Assembly: GCA_002633005.1 (NCBI GenBank) | Contig: NMRA01000030.1 | Coordinates: 253,190 to 317,189, forward strand | Length of the DNA: 64,000 bases | Direction: 5' to 3' | Source: Phoronis australis | Taxonomy: Eukaryota; Animalia; Phoronida | Shown here: positions 1 to 13,794 of the stretch, in pieces | Layout: each line of letters starts with the position of its first letter | How positions within the stretch are numbered: position 1 is the stretch's first letter | Position numbers and translations under genes: made by a program | Notes under the pieces: model-generated | Told to the model about the DNA's origin: nothing | Seen by the model: only the letters and a program-made list of their open reading frames with translations | Database searches by the model: none

Positions 1-2607
1 ATCACAACACAAGCAAAGTCTTTCACTTACAGGAGTGTTTGCATAACGACCAGTTTCCAAGTGCAATGGGAGATTTCCTGCTCTAAACTGAGCCAAAAGA
101 GCTCGCTCGAAATGAGATGAATTAAGCTTCACATACGGTTCAGTTAAAAACTCGTGCTTAGATAAAATGTAGGTTCTTAATTTGGGTTTCGTTACAACAG
201 ACTCAGCTGTTTTGAGTATTCAAATAGTTTGTTTCTAACATCTGCTATGTTATAAGTAGTCAAATTTTGAAGACAGGATTGCATGCCAATTACCTTAAAC
301 AAATTTTGATACCGTCTATCCAACCATTTCTACCAACAGAGTACTCCCATAGAAATACCTTTTCAGTAGCCTATTACCACCTGTAGTCATTAATTTGTAA
401 CAAAGACGCAACATATTCCATTTAAATCCGTTTCCGGTAGAGTCCCACCCCATATCGCCACTAACAGCATGAGTGGCTGTAAATCGGTTGACCCTTAGAT
501 AAAAACGCATAGCTCTGTTTCGAATATTTTCATCATTACCAACATTTTTGTAACCCCAATCAGATGACCCGTAATCCAAAACTGGTGCCACACACGAATT
601 AAAGAATGTTTTAAATGTTTCGAATCCTAGATTCTTGTTAACACGGATTGTTGAGCATATCTTCGCTAACGCTCTACCAGAAGCTTCAGATAACGTATTC
701 CAATTTTCTTTGAAGTCAAAATGTTGATCCAGAATACAACCTCAATATTTGTATGAGGATTTATAACTAATGACACTGTTTAAAATAAATTCAAAACTGC
801 TTGTAGGCATGGACTTTGCTCGAAAATGGACAAAGTTAATTTTTCCATGTTTACAACCATTCTCCACTTTTTACACCAGTTGTTTAAAACCTTCAAATTA
901 TCTTCATGTCACTATCATTCTCAGACAAAAGTACAATATCTTCGGCATAAAGAAGCACTGAAATATTGTTCGGGCCACATTTTACACCTTTATCCAATTT
1001 TTTTTTTAATTTCCAGAGCTAAGTCGTTTATATATATACATGTAAGGCAAAGAGTGTCGGTGATAAAACGTCCCCCTGACGGACATCATTTTCAGGAGTG
1101 AACCAACCACTATACAGAGTGCCATTTAATTGTATACAGTTCAACGGACTTCTGTAAATCATTCGAATTGCATCATACACTCTACCATTAATATTATTTT
1201 GCAGTAATTTATAAAACAGAAGTTCATGGTTTGTCCAGTCAAAAGCTTTTTTTCATGTCCACAATTGTCACAAATGTAGAAAGGTTAGACGACTTTGTTG
1301 TTTGAATAATTGATGACAGGATATACAAGTGATCAATACAGGACTGTGGACTTCGAAAATCATTTGACTGAACTAAAATATTGTTCGGTTCACAGAAACC
1401 CACAATTCTATTATTCAACACAGTACTGAAGAATTTATAAATATTTGAAAGAAGACTAATCCAACGGTAGTTCAAAGGTATTCTAGGTTCGTCTGGAGAA
1501 TTCTTAGGCATCGGGATTATAATTGCCTTACACCAATCAGAAGGCATTAGTCCACGTTTAAAAGATTCATTAAAAAACGGTTAGAAAAACAACAATAGTT
1601 TCGAATCTTAACACCTCATTATGTACACAGTTATAGCCGACGTCTTTGTTATTCTTCGTTGTCATAACAACATTTCTAACCTCATCAATAGAGATTTCAC
1701 AATGCCATGATCAGTTGTATTAGAACAATCATTTTCTAGCTGCTTGCGCAAATTCAAGGTTTTCAAATAAAATTCGTCATGAAATGGTGTATTTTCAGAA
1801 GTGCATTTAAATAATTGTTCGTAATCATTTTTCTATTTATTTAGAAAAAAAATCTATCAGAGTTTATTTTATCATTTGAATCCAAGACTTCCAGGGGAAC
1901 TTCTCTAAACTTTTTTGGTCCTAGTTTTTTAACATATGCCCAGAAATCCTTAGAGTTTTCAGTATTCAGATTCTCAACTTCAATCTGAACCTTCAACTGG
2001 TATGAACATTTCGCGCATTTAAGTTTTGTCAAACAAAAATAATTGTTTGTAATGTGACCAATTCCCGTGTAATCTTTGACTTCTTAAAAATTGTTTTTCA
2101 ATGTACTTTAATTTTTTCCGAATTCCAATATAAAGGCTGATTCCTGTTAAAATACTTTCTTAGTTTACGACTCGAATAATAATCCTTATAATCCAGCAAG
2201 GAATCCATTTCCTTAATTAATAGGTCCACAAATGACTGATACACTATATCAAGTTGGTTCTGATGTTCATAGGATAACAATAATGAAGCAGTTAAACATA
2301 AAATTCCTTTTTAAATGTCACGTTATTACTAAATTCTACCGGTATATTGGAGGTGTCATATTTACGTTTCTTCGAAAGAGTATTTGAATCTAAAGGTCTG
2401 TCGGTACCAGATAAACAGGCGAGGAGATTTTAAACCTTAAAACAAGAACAGAATGATTTGGTGCTTTACATATTTATCCAATTAATGCGTGGATATCTAA
2501 CACATCAATAATATCAGAAGTCTTAGTAACAGAAAACGGTGGTCAGCTAAAATACAATCTAAAACAGCATTTTCTCTACCCGAGACAGAGGTAAAGTTGT
2601 CAAATTC

Positions 2608-3159
2608 CATTACAGCGTTCTGTCGGTCAGTAACTTTTCCAGACGTGAGGGGGGCTGAACGTGCGATAACATCTGGCTCTTTTGCTAACTGCCCAGCTCA
2701 GTCTTTTGTCCCGCACGATAATAAGCAGGCCAATTATCTCCCAGGCTTCAAAGGAAACGTATGGTGGTTGCACGCTATTACCGAAAGCGTATGAACGCAG
2801 TCAAATCCAGTGCGTCCGTTTGGACAGAATAGATTGTCTTAACTTCTGTTGTAGTTAGGCGATTTTGGTGATTCAAAAACGGAACATGATCATTTGACGT
2901 GGAATTCAGAAATGCTATTGGTTTAAGCTCAAATATGTTATAACTTAACTTTCATTTTTATCAGCCCAGCCCAGTCAGTCTAGATACGATCTGATCGGAG
3001 ATTAGAGCAATTATCGAACAAAAGAGCGCAGGCTATCCAACCATAAATGCCAAAGTGGAGTTAATCAGTCGTGTAAGATATTGGCTACGGGGGTAAACTT
3101 CCCAACTTGTTGGGCCATAGAATCGAACAAGTTGGGAGCAACGGGATGTCGCCGTCATG
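2608..3159. mobile_element. ~550-bp non-autonomous element inserted into the LINE; second copy at 26961-27470
   Basis: Splits the LINE coding sequence (NGRITP|EFDNFTSVS). Short imperfect TIR (CATTACAGCG / CGCCGTCATG) and a subterminal hairpin (CCCAACTTGTT...AACAAGTTGGG). Confidence 0.8.
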
Positions 3160-3321
3160 CCGGAGTAATTCTGCCATTAACAATAGCCAATTTCGAATCT
3201 TTCACAAAGTCAATTTTCGAATCTTTCACAAAGTCAATTAAAGCATCACCAAATCGATTGGTCTGAAGATCTATGATCTGTCTTGGGCGTACTTTGTCAA
3301 TATCTTGTTTGTTACCTGTTC

Positions 3322-3564
3322 TAAAGGGGAGGCAGTGTGGCCTGGTTGATAAGTGCCTGCTTTCTTTAGTCGAGGTGGTTCGAGTCCCACCAGGACACAC
3401 TGCTAAGCCCTTGAGCCAGGTTTCTAGCTCCTCAGCTCGGTTTTAACCATATAAAATAAAGCATAAAAATAGTTCCAGGTGATCAGTGCAAATGGGCCCA
3501 CATGCGAGGCCTGCGCACGTCTGGTACAACGTGTATCAGACCGCCTGCAATTTTTGTTTTTTTA
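3322..3564 (+). mobile_element. tRNA-derived SINE inserted in the LINE endonuclease region
   Basis: A-box-like TGGCCTGGTTG, B box GGTTCGAGTCC, T-rich end, flanked by an 8-bp direct repeat ACCTGTTC (3314-3321 / 3565-3572). Splits GDFNAGTG|NKQDID. Confidence 0.82.
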
Positions 3565-4270
3565 ACCTGTTCCTGCGTTAAAGTCCCCACAGATAGAGAA
3601 ATTGTTAACATCACTGAAGTTATACAATTGGTTGATTAGATGAGAATAAATTTCATCAATGTTCTTACTTTTGTTTGTACCCTCGGGAGGAATGTAGCAT
3701 GTATAAATTACAAAACCATTTTCAGACATGATACTTGTAAACTTTACGCCTAGAATCCCACCATCAAAGGACTTATCAATAACGCTTATATCAAATTTAT
3801 CAAACATTCTGTGTTTTATAAGCATACCAACAAACCCAGAACCTCTGGGAGCATTAATATGCAAATTTTCACGGTTGCAACCAATAAATCGGTATTCTTA
3901 GACTTGAATGGTATCGTTAAAACATAAATGTGTCTCATTTAGAGAAACAACATCACAGCCAAATTGGTAAATTGTCAGTTTTCGAAAAACATTATTGTGA
4001 GCCGACCACCCATTGATATTCTAATGAGCTATGGAATATTCGAACGGACTGGGCTGGGATCCTATTCAACGTCGCTAGGAGTAGACGATATGCTATAAAA
4101 CTGTTTTGCTCTGGTTTGATTTGAACTCGTTTGGCTGTCGTGTACCTGATCACCATCGTTATTGGCTTCCCCACTTGTCTTCTGCTGTTGTTGCTGCCGA
4201 TCTTTTTTTTAAATTCTTAACCGCTCCCGGTTACATGAAACTCATTACCGTTGGATATGGACCTCAAAAN

Positions 4271-4980
4271 CGTAATCATTTTTCTATTTATTTAGAAAAA
4301 AAATCTATCAGAGTTTATTTTATCATTTGAATCCAAGACTTCCAGGGAACTTCTCTAACCTGTTTTGGTCCTAGTTTTTTAACATATGCCCAGAAATCCT
4401 TAGGGTTTTCAGTATTCAGATTCTCAACTTCAATCTGAACCTTCAACTGGTATGAACATTTCGCGCATTTAAGTTTTGTCAAACAAAAGTAATTGTTTGT
4501 AATGTGACCAATTCCCGTGTAATCTTTGACTTCTTGAAAATTGTTTTTCAATGTACTTTAATTTTTTCTCGTACAAATCGTTAAGTTCCGAATTCCAATA
4601 TAAAGGCTGATTCCTGTTAAAATACTGTCTTAGTTTACGACTCGGATAAGGATCTTTATAATCCAGCAAGGAATCCATTTCCTTAACTAATAGGTCCACA
4701 AATGACTGATACACTACATCAAGTTGGTTCTGATGTTCATAGGATAACAATAATGAATCAATTAAACATAAAATTTCTTTTTTAAATGTCACTTTATTAC
4801 TAAATTCTATCGGTATATTGGAGGTGTCATATTTACGTTTCTTCGAAAGAGTATTTGAAGCTAAAGGTCTCTCGGTACCAGATGAACAGGCGAGGAGATT
4901 TTAAACCTTAAAACAAGAACAGAATGATTTGGTGCTTTACATCTTTATCCAATCAATGCGTGGAAATCTAACATATCAAT
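4271..4980 (-). repeat. Near-identical second copy of LINE segment 1820-2510 (likely alternate haplotype or misassembly)
   Basis: Colinear match with scattered substitutions and a 20-bp indel; begins immediately after the single N at 4270. Confidence 0.85.
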
Positions 4981-5678
4981 GAAAGCGCTCCGAGTAGCGA
5001 AACTTGGCAAAATTAACCTTCTTGAAAGCGACTTCCAGTTTTTTGGCTTTTTATAATAGCATGTCAAAAGAAACTAATACTTCTAAAATTTCGAAGGAAT
5101 TGGTTTCATAATGCGCCCTCTACAGGAGAAAACGTTTTTAGGCCAAAATCGAGGTGCGCATGCGCGATCGCCGATATTTCCGCCATCTTTAACCGGAAGT
5201 AAACAATTTCCGGTATACTCGTAGCAAATTTCCGGTCCATTCACTGTGCCGATTCTTAGCCTTTTACGTAAAAAATTGTAGCCTCCAGAATCATTTGAAC
5301 CTTTAAATGAAAACAAAATGGCCGCCACAGCCGCCATCTTGGATCCGGTTTCGACGAAAAACAATAGGCTTCCAGTACTTCCGGAAGTACGTGTTATGTT
5401 TAAATTTCGTGATGATTGGACGAAAATTGCGACCCTTATCGTGCGAACAAACAAAAAAATGAAAGCGCTCCGAGAGCGAACCTTGGCGAAATTAACCAAA
5501 AAGGTGACGATAAAGATGATGACGAAGATGACGAATATGACGACGATGGTGGCGAGGATGAACAAAAGAAGTAATAATAACATACACATGACGAACGTAG
5601 AAGTCCGAAATCAGTAAGAAAAAGGCTACAGTCTTGTGCGACACTTGGCGAAATTAACGGAAAAGACAACGACGGAGA
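4981..5678 (+). mobile_element. Fragment of the Helentron/DINE-like repeat family also found at 37790-39370
   Basis: Shares AATGCGCCCTCT.CA.GAGAAAACG, ATATTTCCGCCATCTT, AAAAACAATAGGCTTCCA and GGCGAAATTAACCAAAAAG...GAAATCAGTAAGAAA blocks with that element. Confidence 0.7.
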
Positions 5679-6536
5679 NNNNNNNNNNNNNNNNNNNNNN
5701 NNNNNNNNNNNNNNNNNNNNNNNNNNNNNNNNNNNNNNNNNNNNNNNNNNNNNNNNNNNNNNNNNNNNNNNNNNNNNNNNNNNNNNNNNNNNNNNNNNNN
5801 NNNNNNNNNNNNNNNNNNNNNNNNNNNNNNNNNNNNNNNNNNNNNNNNNNNNNNNNNNNNNNNNNNNNNNNNNNNNNNNNNNNNNNNNNNNNNNNNNNNN
5901 NNNNNNNNNNNNNNNNNNNNNNNNNNNNNNNNNNNNNNNNNNNNNNNNNNNNNNNNNNNNNNNNNNNNNNNNNNNNNNNNNNNNNNNNNNNNNNNNNNNN
6001 NNNNNNNNNNNNNNNNNNNNNNNNNNNNNNNNNNNNNNNNNNNNNNNNNNNNNNNNNNNNNNNNNNNNNNNNNNNNNNNNNNNNNNNNNNNNNNNNNNNN
6101 NNNNNNNNNNNNNNNNNNNNNNNNNNNNNNNNNNNNNNNNNNNNNNNNNNNNNNNNNNNNNNNNNNNNNNNNNNNNNNNNNNNNNNNNNNNNNNNNNNNN
6201 NNNNNNNNNNNNNNNNNNNNNNNNNNNNNNNNNNNNNNNNNNNNNNNNNNNNNNNNNNNNNNNNNNNNNNNNNNNNNNNNNNNNNNNNNNNNNNNNNNNN
6301 NNNNNNNNNNNNNNNNNNNNNNNNNNNNNNNNNNNNNNNNNNNNNNNNNNNNNNNNNNNNNNNNNNNNNNNNNNNNNNNNNNNNNNNNNNNNNNNNNNNN
6401 NNNNNNNNNNNNNNNNNNNNNNNNNNNNNNNNNNNNNNNNNNNNNNNNNNNNNNNNNNNNNNNNNNNNNNNNNNNNNNNNNNNNNNNNNNNNNNNNNNNN
6501 NNNNNNNNNNNNNNNNNNNNNNNNNNNNNNNNNNNN
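5679..6536. other. Assembly gap (N run)
   Basis: Run of N. Confidence 1.
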
Positions 6537-6748
6537 TTTTTTTAAATTCTTAACCGCTCCCGGTTACATGAAACTCATTACCGTTGGATATGGACCTCAA
6601 AAGTGTACTAACGTTCAACCCAATAAGTCTATATCTACGCGATTTGCTACCCCGTAGATGCACCTTGCGACATCGGTTAGTTTCTTTTAGCTTGTTTTTA
6701 GCACGCAGCTCACGTATCTTTTGATCAAGTGATTTAAGCGCCAACTTA
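6537..6748 (-). mobile_element. LINE ORF1 C-terminal fragment (continues the element ending at 4269)
   Basis: 6537-6601 duplicates 4203-4269; encodes KLALKSLDQKIRELRAKNKLK...VHLRGSKS, typical of LINE ORF1 RRM/CTD segments. Confidence 0.7.
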
Positions 6749-6897
6749 GTCCTAGAAGCACACGTTTTTAACACTTATTAAATGGTTAGAAGACATTATA
6801 AGGAAACCACGCAGTACTTATCCCATAACCAATACACAATCTGTAGTCGAAGAAAGTTTGAATAAACGCGTCACTCACGATTCCGACCCTACAATCA

Positions 6898-9800
6898 TAG
6901 TCCGGGAGCCAGGGGGTTGAACCTGGTTTTGTCGGATAAAGTTTTTTTCTTTGCAGTTTCATGTAGCCTAGGGCTTAGTGACCATGATTTAAGGGGGTGA
7001 CCGTTCGCAACCCTTGAGCATTTTTTAAATATGCAAATTAAGGTCGCCATTATGCAAAATTCTATTTTTGCTTATAATTTCCTTACCAAGCACTGCAGCC
7101 CGATAATTTTGACGTTTTACCTATGTTTTCAGGGTCAACAAATTTAATAATGCAAGTTATAGGTGAATACATTGTCAATTTGCATAATTTATGAAAATTA
7201 AGGCCGCCATAATGCAAAATTCTATTTTTGGTTAGAATTTCCTTACCAAGCCCTGCAGCCAGATAATTTTGACGTTTCACCCATGTTTCCATGGTCAATG
7301 AATTTATTAGTGCAAGTTTTTTGGTGAATACATTGTCAATTTGCATAATTTATGCAAATTAAGACAGCCATTATTCAAAATTCGTCTTGCGTTTATAGCT
7401 ACTGTACCAGGCACCACAGATGAACTATCATAATATTTGCTCCTATATTCTTTTGGTCAACTAGTTTAATGAAATCGCTTTGCATGTTGTTGCATGATTA
7501 ATTTGCATAATTAATGCAAATTTGCAGAACTAATGCAAATTAAGGGCGCCATTATTAAAAATTTTACTTTTGCATATAGCTACTTGTGCTTATAGCTGCG
7601 GTACCAAGCATCACAGGTAAACTCTCATGATATTTGAACCTATGTTTCTATGGTCAATTAGGTTAATGAAATCAGTTTGCAAGTTGCAACTAGCATAATT
7701 TATGCAAATAAAGGCAGCCATTATCAAAACTTCTGTTTCTGCTCGTAACTTTCTTATGGGGGGCACCACATGCAAATTATTTTGGTATTTTTACTGATGA
7801 ATTTAATGTAATCTGTTATTACATCATAAATATAAATAATTTGTAATTTATTACACAACATTGCAAATTCTAGTTAACTTTTTTCTGAAACCTAGTTTAT
7901 ATGCAGTAGTAGGTGACCAAGTTGTTAATTGAATAAACCCAGGACAATAACCTAACGAATGGAGACCCGTCCCAAGACGTTTCAAATGTTCACACTCGGA
8001 ACGTGAGCACACTACAGTATAATGTGCTCAAAATATTGTGCGGGTAGAAAATTGACTCTGCAATTGTATCTACTTGAATTTCGTGAAATCTGACCTTTGC
8101 TGTCACACCTAATCATCTCTAGTATGCAATAGGAGCGAGTTGGACACCATGCGGGATTATAGATGGTGAGAGTGATTTGTTTATGGCATCTTTCTTCCAC
8201 CCATAGTCTTCTGGATCAAGAACTGGTGACATTCCACCACATGACTGACTGGTAATTGGGCTCTGTTTTCGTTTACGTTCTCTTTGAATGCCACTGTTGT
8301 CGGTGACAGTTTGGGGGCGGACATATATTTCTTGCCATTTCTCTTCCCCATACCAGTAGTCTGGTTCATGACATCTTCCTGATTCTCTTCAATCCAGGCG
8401 CACATACATTTAGTGGCCTGTTTCAGGACATCAGAAAAAATGTGCATGCATTACTAGTGCCGATGGCAAACAGGTCATGTTCAGCCTTCAATATTTTAAC
8501 GATAGATCCCTTTCCAACTCCACAGTAGCATGCCAACGTGTTACACCCTACAGTGCATGGGCAGGGAGGAGACCTTCACAATTATGTCGCTACATGTTCT
8601 CACTGTTAACTTTATGTGTTCGACTGTTCTACGCTTACTACGTGATTTCATGGTTGTGGTATTCGAAGCTGTTCCTTGCCTTAGTAATGCACAGAAAAGA
8701 CAAATACATTTTTGTCATCCGAAACAACCTAAAATTTGTTAAGTTCATATGCACATTTCACGTCCTGTTTGACAATAATGGAGCTAGCTTCTTTATGGGA
8801 TGTCTTGATCTCCAATGTCCTTGTACTATATTAAGGAACAAGGATCTTCATCAGTGATTGCCTACTTGTGTTCCTAACGTACTGGCAGCCTTTCTCTAAG
8901 TCTGATAACATTACTTGATCCATGCTTATTGTTTCATGTACGTTAATTAACTGTTGAAGTGGCAATCCTGTCATGCTAATGTTCACCACTGCGTCTTTGG
9001 GATGGGCATTGGGATCCAATAGATCGATGCTGGTATCTACTTTTGACAGATCCGTGCAATATATTGGGCTTGTGCATCAAGACGTGCCTTACTTCCTTCC
9101 GTTTGATAAGTTTTAGTACAGGATCTAACGTTACCGTTCTCCATCTCTCCAAGATCTGTTTCATTATTGTAGGACAAATGGCAACTTGTGCCCAAAGCTT
9201 AAGATTCTCTTCTTTGAGGGCAATTCCCTACTATTCCCTCATTACTGTATCCGTACCTCATCAACGTGGTCCCTATAAACTGATCGCTCCGAGCCCCATT
9301 CCAGCATTCACCCAAGTCATTAAACTAATTTGCGCTTTTTCTATGGTCTGTGAGAGCGCAGGGCTGATAGGAAATATCATTTTGGAATTTAAGGTCTCAA
9401 ACTGCAGAACACACACTACACAAAATATTTTCTTTCTTCATCAAAAAGGAGATTCTGCAAACAGATTTCATTAAATTCATTGACCACTGAAATATGAATG
9501 CAAATATTTATAACTAACCTCTGGTATCTGACGCAGCAGTTATAAGCCCAAGTACAATTTTGAATATGGTAGCTGTAATTTGCGTAAATTATCAAAAACA
9601 TGAGATGAATTCGAAAATAATCTACATGTAACGCCAGTAAAGAAATTAAGAGTATTTGGAATAGTGGTGTCCATTATTAGCATAAAATATGAAAATTCAT
9701 CATGCAACAACTTCCAAACTGATTGCACAGAAACACGGGTAAAGAGGTTAAAATAGTATACTTGGGGTGCCTGGTACTTCAGCTATAAGCAAAAGTAGAA

Positions 9801-10629
9801 TTTTGAATAATGGCGGGCTTAATTTGCATACATTATGCATATATTAAGCAAATTCACGATGTATTCACCAGCAAACGAGGTCCATTAAACTCACAGACCA
9901 TGGAGGCATGGGTGAAAACATTAAAGTAACCTGTCTGTAGTGCTTGGAAAGAGAGCTTTAAGCAAAAAATAATTTTGAATAATGGTGGTCTTAATTTGCA
10001 TTAATTATGCAAATTTATCATGCAACAACATGCAAACTGATTTCATTGAACTAATTGACCATAAAAACATAGGTGCAAATATGATAATTCATCTGTGATG
10101 ATTGGTACCATAGCTATTAGAACAAGTAAAATTTTGAATAATGGCGGCCTAAATTTGCATAAATTATGCAAATTGACGATGTATCTTTGTAACTTTGTAA
10201 ACTTTCACTATTAAATTCATTGACCATGAAAACATGGGTGAAAGCATCAAAATAACCTGCCTGCAGTGCTTGGTAAGGAAATTATAATCAAAAATAGAAT
10301 TTTGCATAATGGGGTCTTAATTTGCATAAATTATGCAAATTGGCAATGAATTCACCAACAAACCTGCTCCATTAAATTCACTGACCATAGAAACGTGGGT
10401 AAAATGTCAAAATAATCTGCCTGCAGTGCTTTGTAAGGAAATTATAGGTAAAAATAGAACTTTGCATAATGGCGACCTTAATTTGCATATTTAAAAAAAT
10501 GCTCAAGGTTTGGGAACGGTCACCTGCCTGATTTCTGATTACCAACCCTAGGCTACATGGAACAGCAAAGAAAAAACTTTATCCGGCAAAACCAGTTTAA
10601 GTAAAAAACAGCATTTGGCTCCCGGACTA
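6898..10629 (-). mobile_element. Academ-superfamily DNA transposon, internally deleted and degenerate
   Basis: Termini TAGTCCGGGAGCCA...TGGCTCCCGGACTA, 3-bp TSD TCA (6895-6897 / 10630-10632), long imperfect inverted arms made of ~165-bp subrepeats, and a decayed internal minus-strand ORF (~7970-9450, e.g. DPNAHPKDAVVNI...INVHETI). TAG termini with a 3-bp TSD fit Academ. Confidence 0.78.
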
Positions 10630-13600
10630 TCACACCGACATTTTGAACTAACCGCGAAACCGGAAGTACAATTCATTCAGGAACCCAGGCTTAGTATACG
10701 CCGTCTGTGCGACTGGAGCAGTGTCTGTTACCAGACTGCAAACGGGATAGAATAATCGACAGCAGACCTCAAGTTAAATAAAAGTAAAATAGGGACAATT
10801 AGTACTGAAAATGTTGACAAAATGTGGCAAAATGAATTTTGACAGAAATTCTTTGCCGGGCTCGTACCTGCAGCCTTTGACCAGATGCAGACCGATCGAG
10901 ACCCCTTGCACTGACAAAAGACGAAGGCATGCCGTCCCTGGCTGTTTTATCGGAATAAATGGTTCAAATCATGAATGCCGTATACATACAAAGATAATTT
11001 CCGACACCTGTATATATGGCGGACTAGTAACAGTCCTGCGCCTACATACCGTGAATATTACGCTTACAAGGGAGTCACGCATTAGTCTAAAGATGCGGGA
11101 AGTTTCACCGCTCGTGCTTCTGATTAAACAGAGTGCGGCGCCAGAGCCTGGCGGACTCAGTTGCGATGGCCGCATTGTCCGGTGCGAGCAAGACCCAATT
11201 AAATGTAATTATCCGACCATAAACTGTATTAAACATATCTGACTGTACATAATGGCGAATTTTCAAAATGCATTAAACACTAATTTTCGTTGAAAACTTA
11301 CACCACGGCGGTATTCAGCTGAAAAAAAAAACAACTAAGTACGGTTTTCGGTTTTTAAAAATCGATGAACTAATAATCTAAATACTACAACCATTGGGTA
11401 CGATTGAAGATAAATTACAGCGCGTACCGATATACTAGGTGCATATACAAACGCTGATCAGAGTTAACAATATCACATGGATTCATTTTTTAATATTCTC
11501 TAACTAGATTTTTGACCAGGAAACAGTTGTACTTATCTTGTGCCCACTTTTCATTTTTATTACTGACAAAGAGCTAGAATAGTTATATAGTCAGTGCCAT
11601 CGAAATTGCCCAGAGATTCCAAATCTTCAGTTCTGGTTATCACCATATTTGCACTTTTATATATATATTTTTGATTTTAACACAGATTAAACTTTAATGA
11701 CACGTGAAATGTTTAGTGTACCTGGTGGAAAGTTTAGGGATGGGCTCACAATGAACTTAACTAATTAAGTTTCGATGGTGATCTAAATCTGCCACTGTTT
11801 TGGTACTTCAAGTTTAAAACTTACATAAAAAGTTATCAACCTGTTCCCGGTAAGAAAAAAAAACAAGTGGGCAGAAGCATTACAAATTAAATAACGAAAA
11901 CCAATATGAAGCATATCGTTCCTTTGGAAAGTGACCCTTTGTGAAGATAAACACAAGTTAACCTTTTTAGTCATTTTGTAATATTTATAATGTACCAAGT
12001 TAAAACTACTCTCCAGAGTTGCAGGCTATAACTCTGCAAATGTCAGAGAAAATCAAATTGGGGGTATTAACAACAACCATTGTTGAGACAGTAATGCTAG
12101 ATATTATCTTTCCACTTCATTAGCTCAGATCTACATCAACATAAAGAGCGTGCTGAATAGGCATCGTAAAAGTTGTCTGGGGCTAAGGGAATCTGAACGG
12201 TGACCAGTGTAAGCGATAAATTCTCCACATGAACGATTGAGTACTACAACCGGGGCCGACTATGGCGGGCTAAGCTAAGCATGTTTTACTGGGTTTAATT
12301 AACTCTGATAAACAAACATTATAAACAGAACAACGAACATGCAACATCAGATTATTGAATAAATTGCTATAAAGTTAGAATATCCTGACAGTCAAACTTG
12401 CGAAAATATGGAAACTAAATTTTGACGCGACTTCGCTACGGCCAGGCGGCTGACTACGAAGAGAATACCATTTGATCACTGGCGAAATAACTTCAGGCAG
12501 AAAACTTACCATGGTGCCAAATGGTATAATATAAGTATTAATGAGTTTAAAGTAAAAGGAATAATTCCCATTTAGCCAGAAACATTCGTATACGCTGCTA
12601 GCCGGCGGAGCCGGACCGCCTAGCCTACCGTGCGCGGACATCTGAGCTCCACGGGGCAAGATGAAAACATTAATTAGCCACCCGGCCCTGAATGAGTGAA
12701 ATTCCTGTGACAAAGAGAAATACTGCGTCATGCTCCTCACACTGCAATATTTTCCCATCACCGCCATTCAGCTCCTTGAATAAAATTCACTACACTCCCC
12801 CCGCTCCGGTTTGCGGCGCGGAATTTTTATAGTTAGACAACAGATGTTTTATTGAAATTTAATTTTTTGTTAGGCTTGAAAATATATTTTCCCTGATAAT
12901 TGAAAATCGTAGCCAATTTAGTAAGTGATTATCAGTTCCCGGCGAAGAGTCAAGGCGACTGCAGGCTGGGAAATTACCGGTACTTCTCCGGTTACTGTCT
13001 CCTGGCAGCAAAATCAAGCACAGATATGGATCTCACTGTTTTGAGATAAAACTTGTTTTTATTTTGTCCAAACATCGCCATCTGTGGGTTTTTTTATTTT
13101 GCATTTTTAACGGCCAGTAAAGCCGGTGCCGATTTGCTGCCAATTACGCACTGAGCTCACACACGTCCGCGTAGTCACCGTGACACGGCAATTGTTCACT
13201 TCAGGCTGGTACTGCGCATGAATTTCAAGGTATGGCGATGATGATAAGACAATTGTTGATCAAGAAACGTTTTTCCTCTAATTTATTACTAAAACGGGTA
13301 CTGTTGCTGAAATTTGACGTACTCTCGCGATGAGTCAGGGCTGACCTCAGTAGCCGAGCGTTGGCTACGGGAGACTTTGCGACGGTACTTCACAAACTTA
13401 TGATTATACATTAAATACCATTCGTCATATACAAAGAACAGGTAAAATTTGGACAATAAATAATCAAGTTTGTATAAAAAGAACCAAAATGAGAATCAAA
13501 AACAACCAAACAAAGTAACAACATATTTACGCTAACGGTGAAGTCAATACGTTTTCAAGGACAACATGACTGGCATTCAGGAATCGTTCCTGAACTGACG

Positions 13601-13794
13601 CGCAGGAATTCAGGTCACGGAAATAGACGGGAATAGTCGATGATTTTAAGCTCTCGGCCGAGGTACAAAATTGTGCAAAAATGGTTTTTTGTTTGATAAC
13701 AGAAAGGGTATGAACATTATGCCACGTTACATATTACTTAATTTGGTATATATTTTTAAGTTTTTGAACTAGAATGCCCTTTGAGATAATTACT

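Larger units (their letters stand above)
300..4269 (-). mobile_element. Degenerate non-LTR retrotransposon (L2/CR1-like clade), ORF2 (APE + RT) and end of ORF1
   Basis: Frameshifted fragments in the correct order on the minus strand: APE (RGSGFVGMLIK...CYIPPE...ICGDFNA, 3562-3864; IVNGRITP), RT (WCKAIIIPMPK...PLNYRWISLLS...SCIDHLYIL...VDMKK, 1239-1547) and C-terminal PVLDYGSSDWG...GDMGW (316-591). Confidence 0.88.

Noticed and set aside
3325-3400. Functional tRNA gene
   Set aside because: A and B boxes are present but there is no proper cloverleaf; it continues into a SINE body with a TSD
5636-6553. 305-aa ORF
   Set aside because: Almost entirely N gap
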